A stretch of 64,000 nucleotides of DNA from Octopus vulgaris. Its lineage: Eukaryota. The position numbers were made by a program, and so were the translations under genes. Location: the NCBI GenBank assembly GCA_951406725.2, contig OX597824.1, positions 21,018,001 through 21,082,000 of the forward strand, written 5' to 3'. The notes under the pieces were generated by a model. That model saw nothing but the letters and a program-made list of their open reading frames with translations. It was not told the origin of the DNA and searched no databases. The number at the start of each line of letters is the position of its first letter. Position 1 is the first letter of the stretch. Of this stretch, positions 63,762 to 64,000 are shown piece by piece.

Positions 63762-64000
63762 TGACACAGTAAGGGTTAGTGAGAAGCCTGATCTGTGCAG
63801 TTTGAACACAGAACAGGAAGAATATTTGGACCTGATATGGCTGGTTTGAATACGAAAAAAGGGTTATATAGCAATTTAACAAGGAATAAATCCCTTTTAA
63901 TACTTTTAACTGAAATAGTGCAAAGATTCCAAAACCAGATTAAAACCTTCCCCTCTCCATTAGAAAGGATAACTTTTACAATCAACAATACCATTTTTTT

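Overview
AT-rich, repeat-dense eukaryotic DNA; the SINE families and microsatellite load point to an octopus (coleoid cephalopod) genome, which is an inference. The only clear host gene is a PACSIN/syndapin F-BAR gene on the minus strand. Its ATG-bearing exon (32906-33132) splices in phase 1 across a 31.2-kb intron to the next coding exon (1457-1656); upstream UTR exon(s) and downstream exons are not located. The rest is intronic or upstream sequence holding tRNA-derived SINEs, RTE/CR1/Tx1-like LINE remnants, piggyBac/hAT/other MITEs, Helitron pieces and Penelope-like remnants in (TA)n tracts. Best leads: (1) several minimal hammerhead-ribozyme motifs, including a complete one at 9166-9253 and U3-A8 and CUGUNGA core variants, mostly on the PACSIN sense strand; (2) a frame-preserving 15-nt microexon candidate (31480-31494); (3) a pre-miRNA-like hairpin (10484-10548); (4) long foldback palindromes; (5) a MITE flanked by a 132-bp direct duplication. 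Almost all ORFs in the supplied track are chance read-throughs of repeats. Repeat boundaries were read by eye and are approximate unless termini are quoted.
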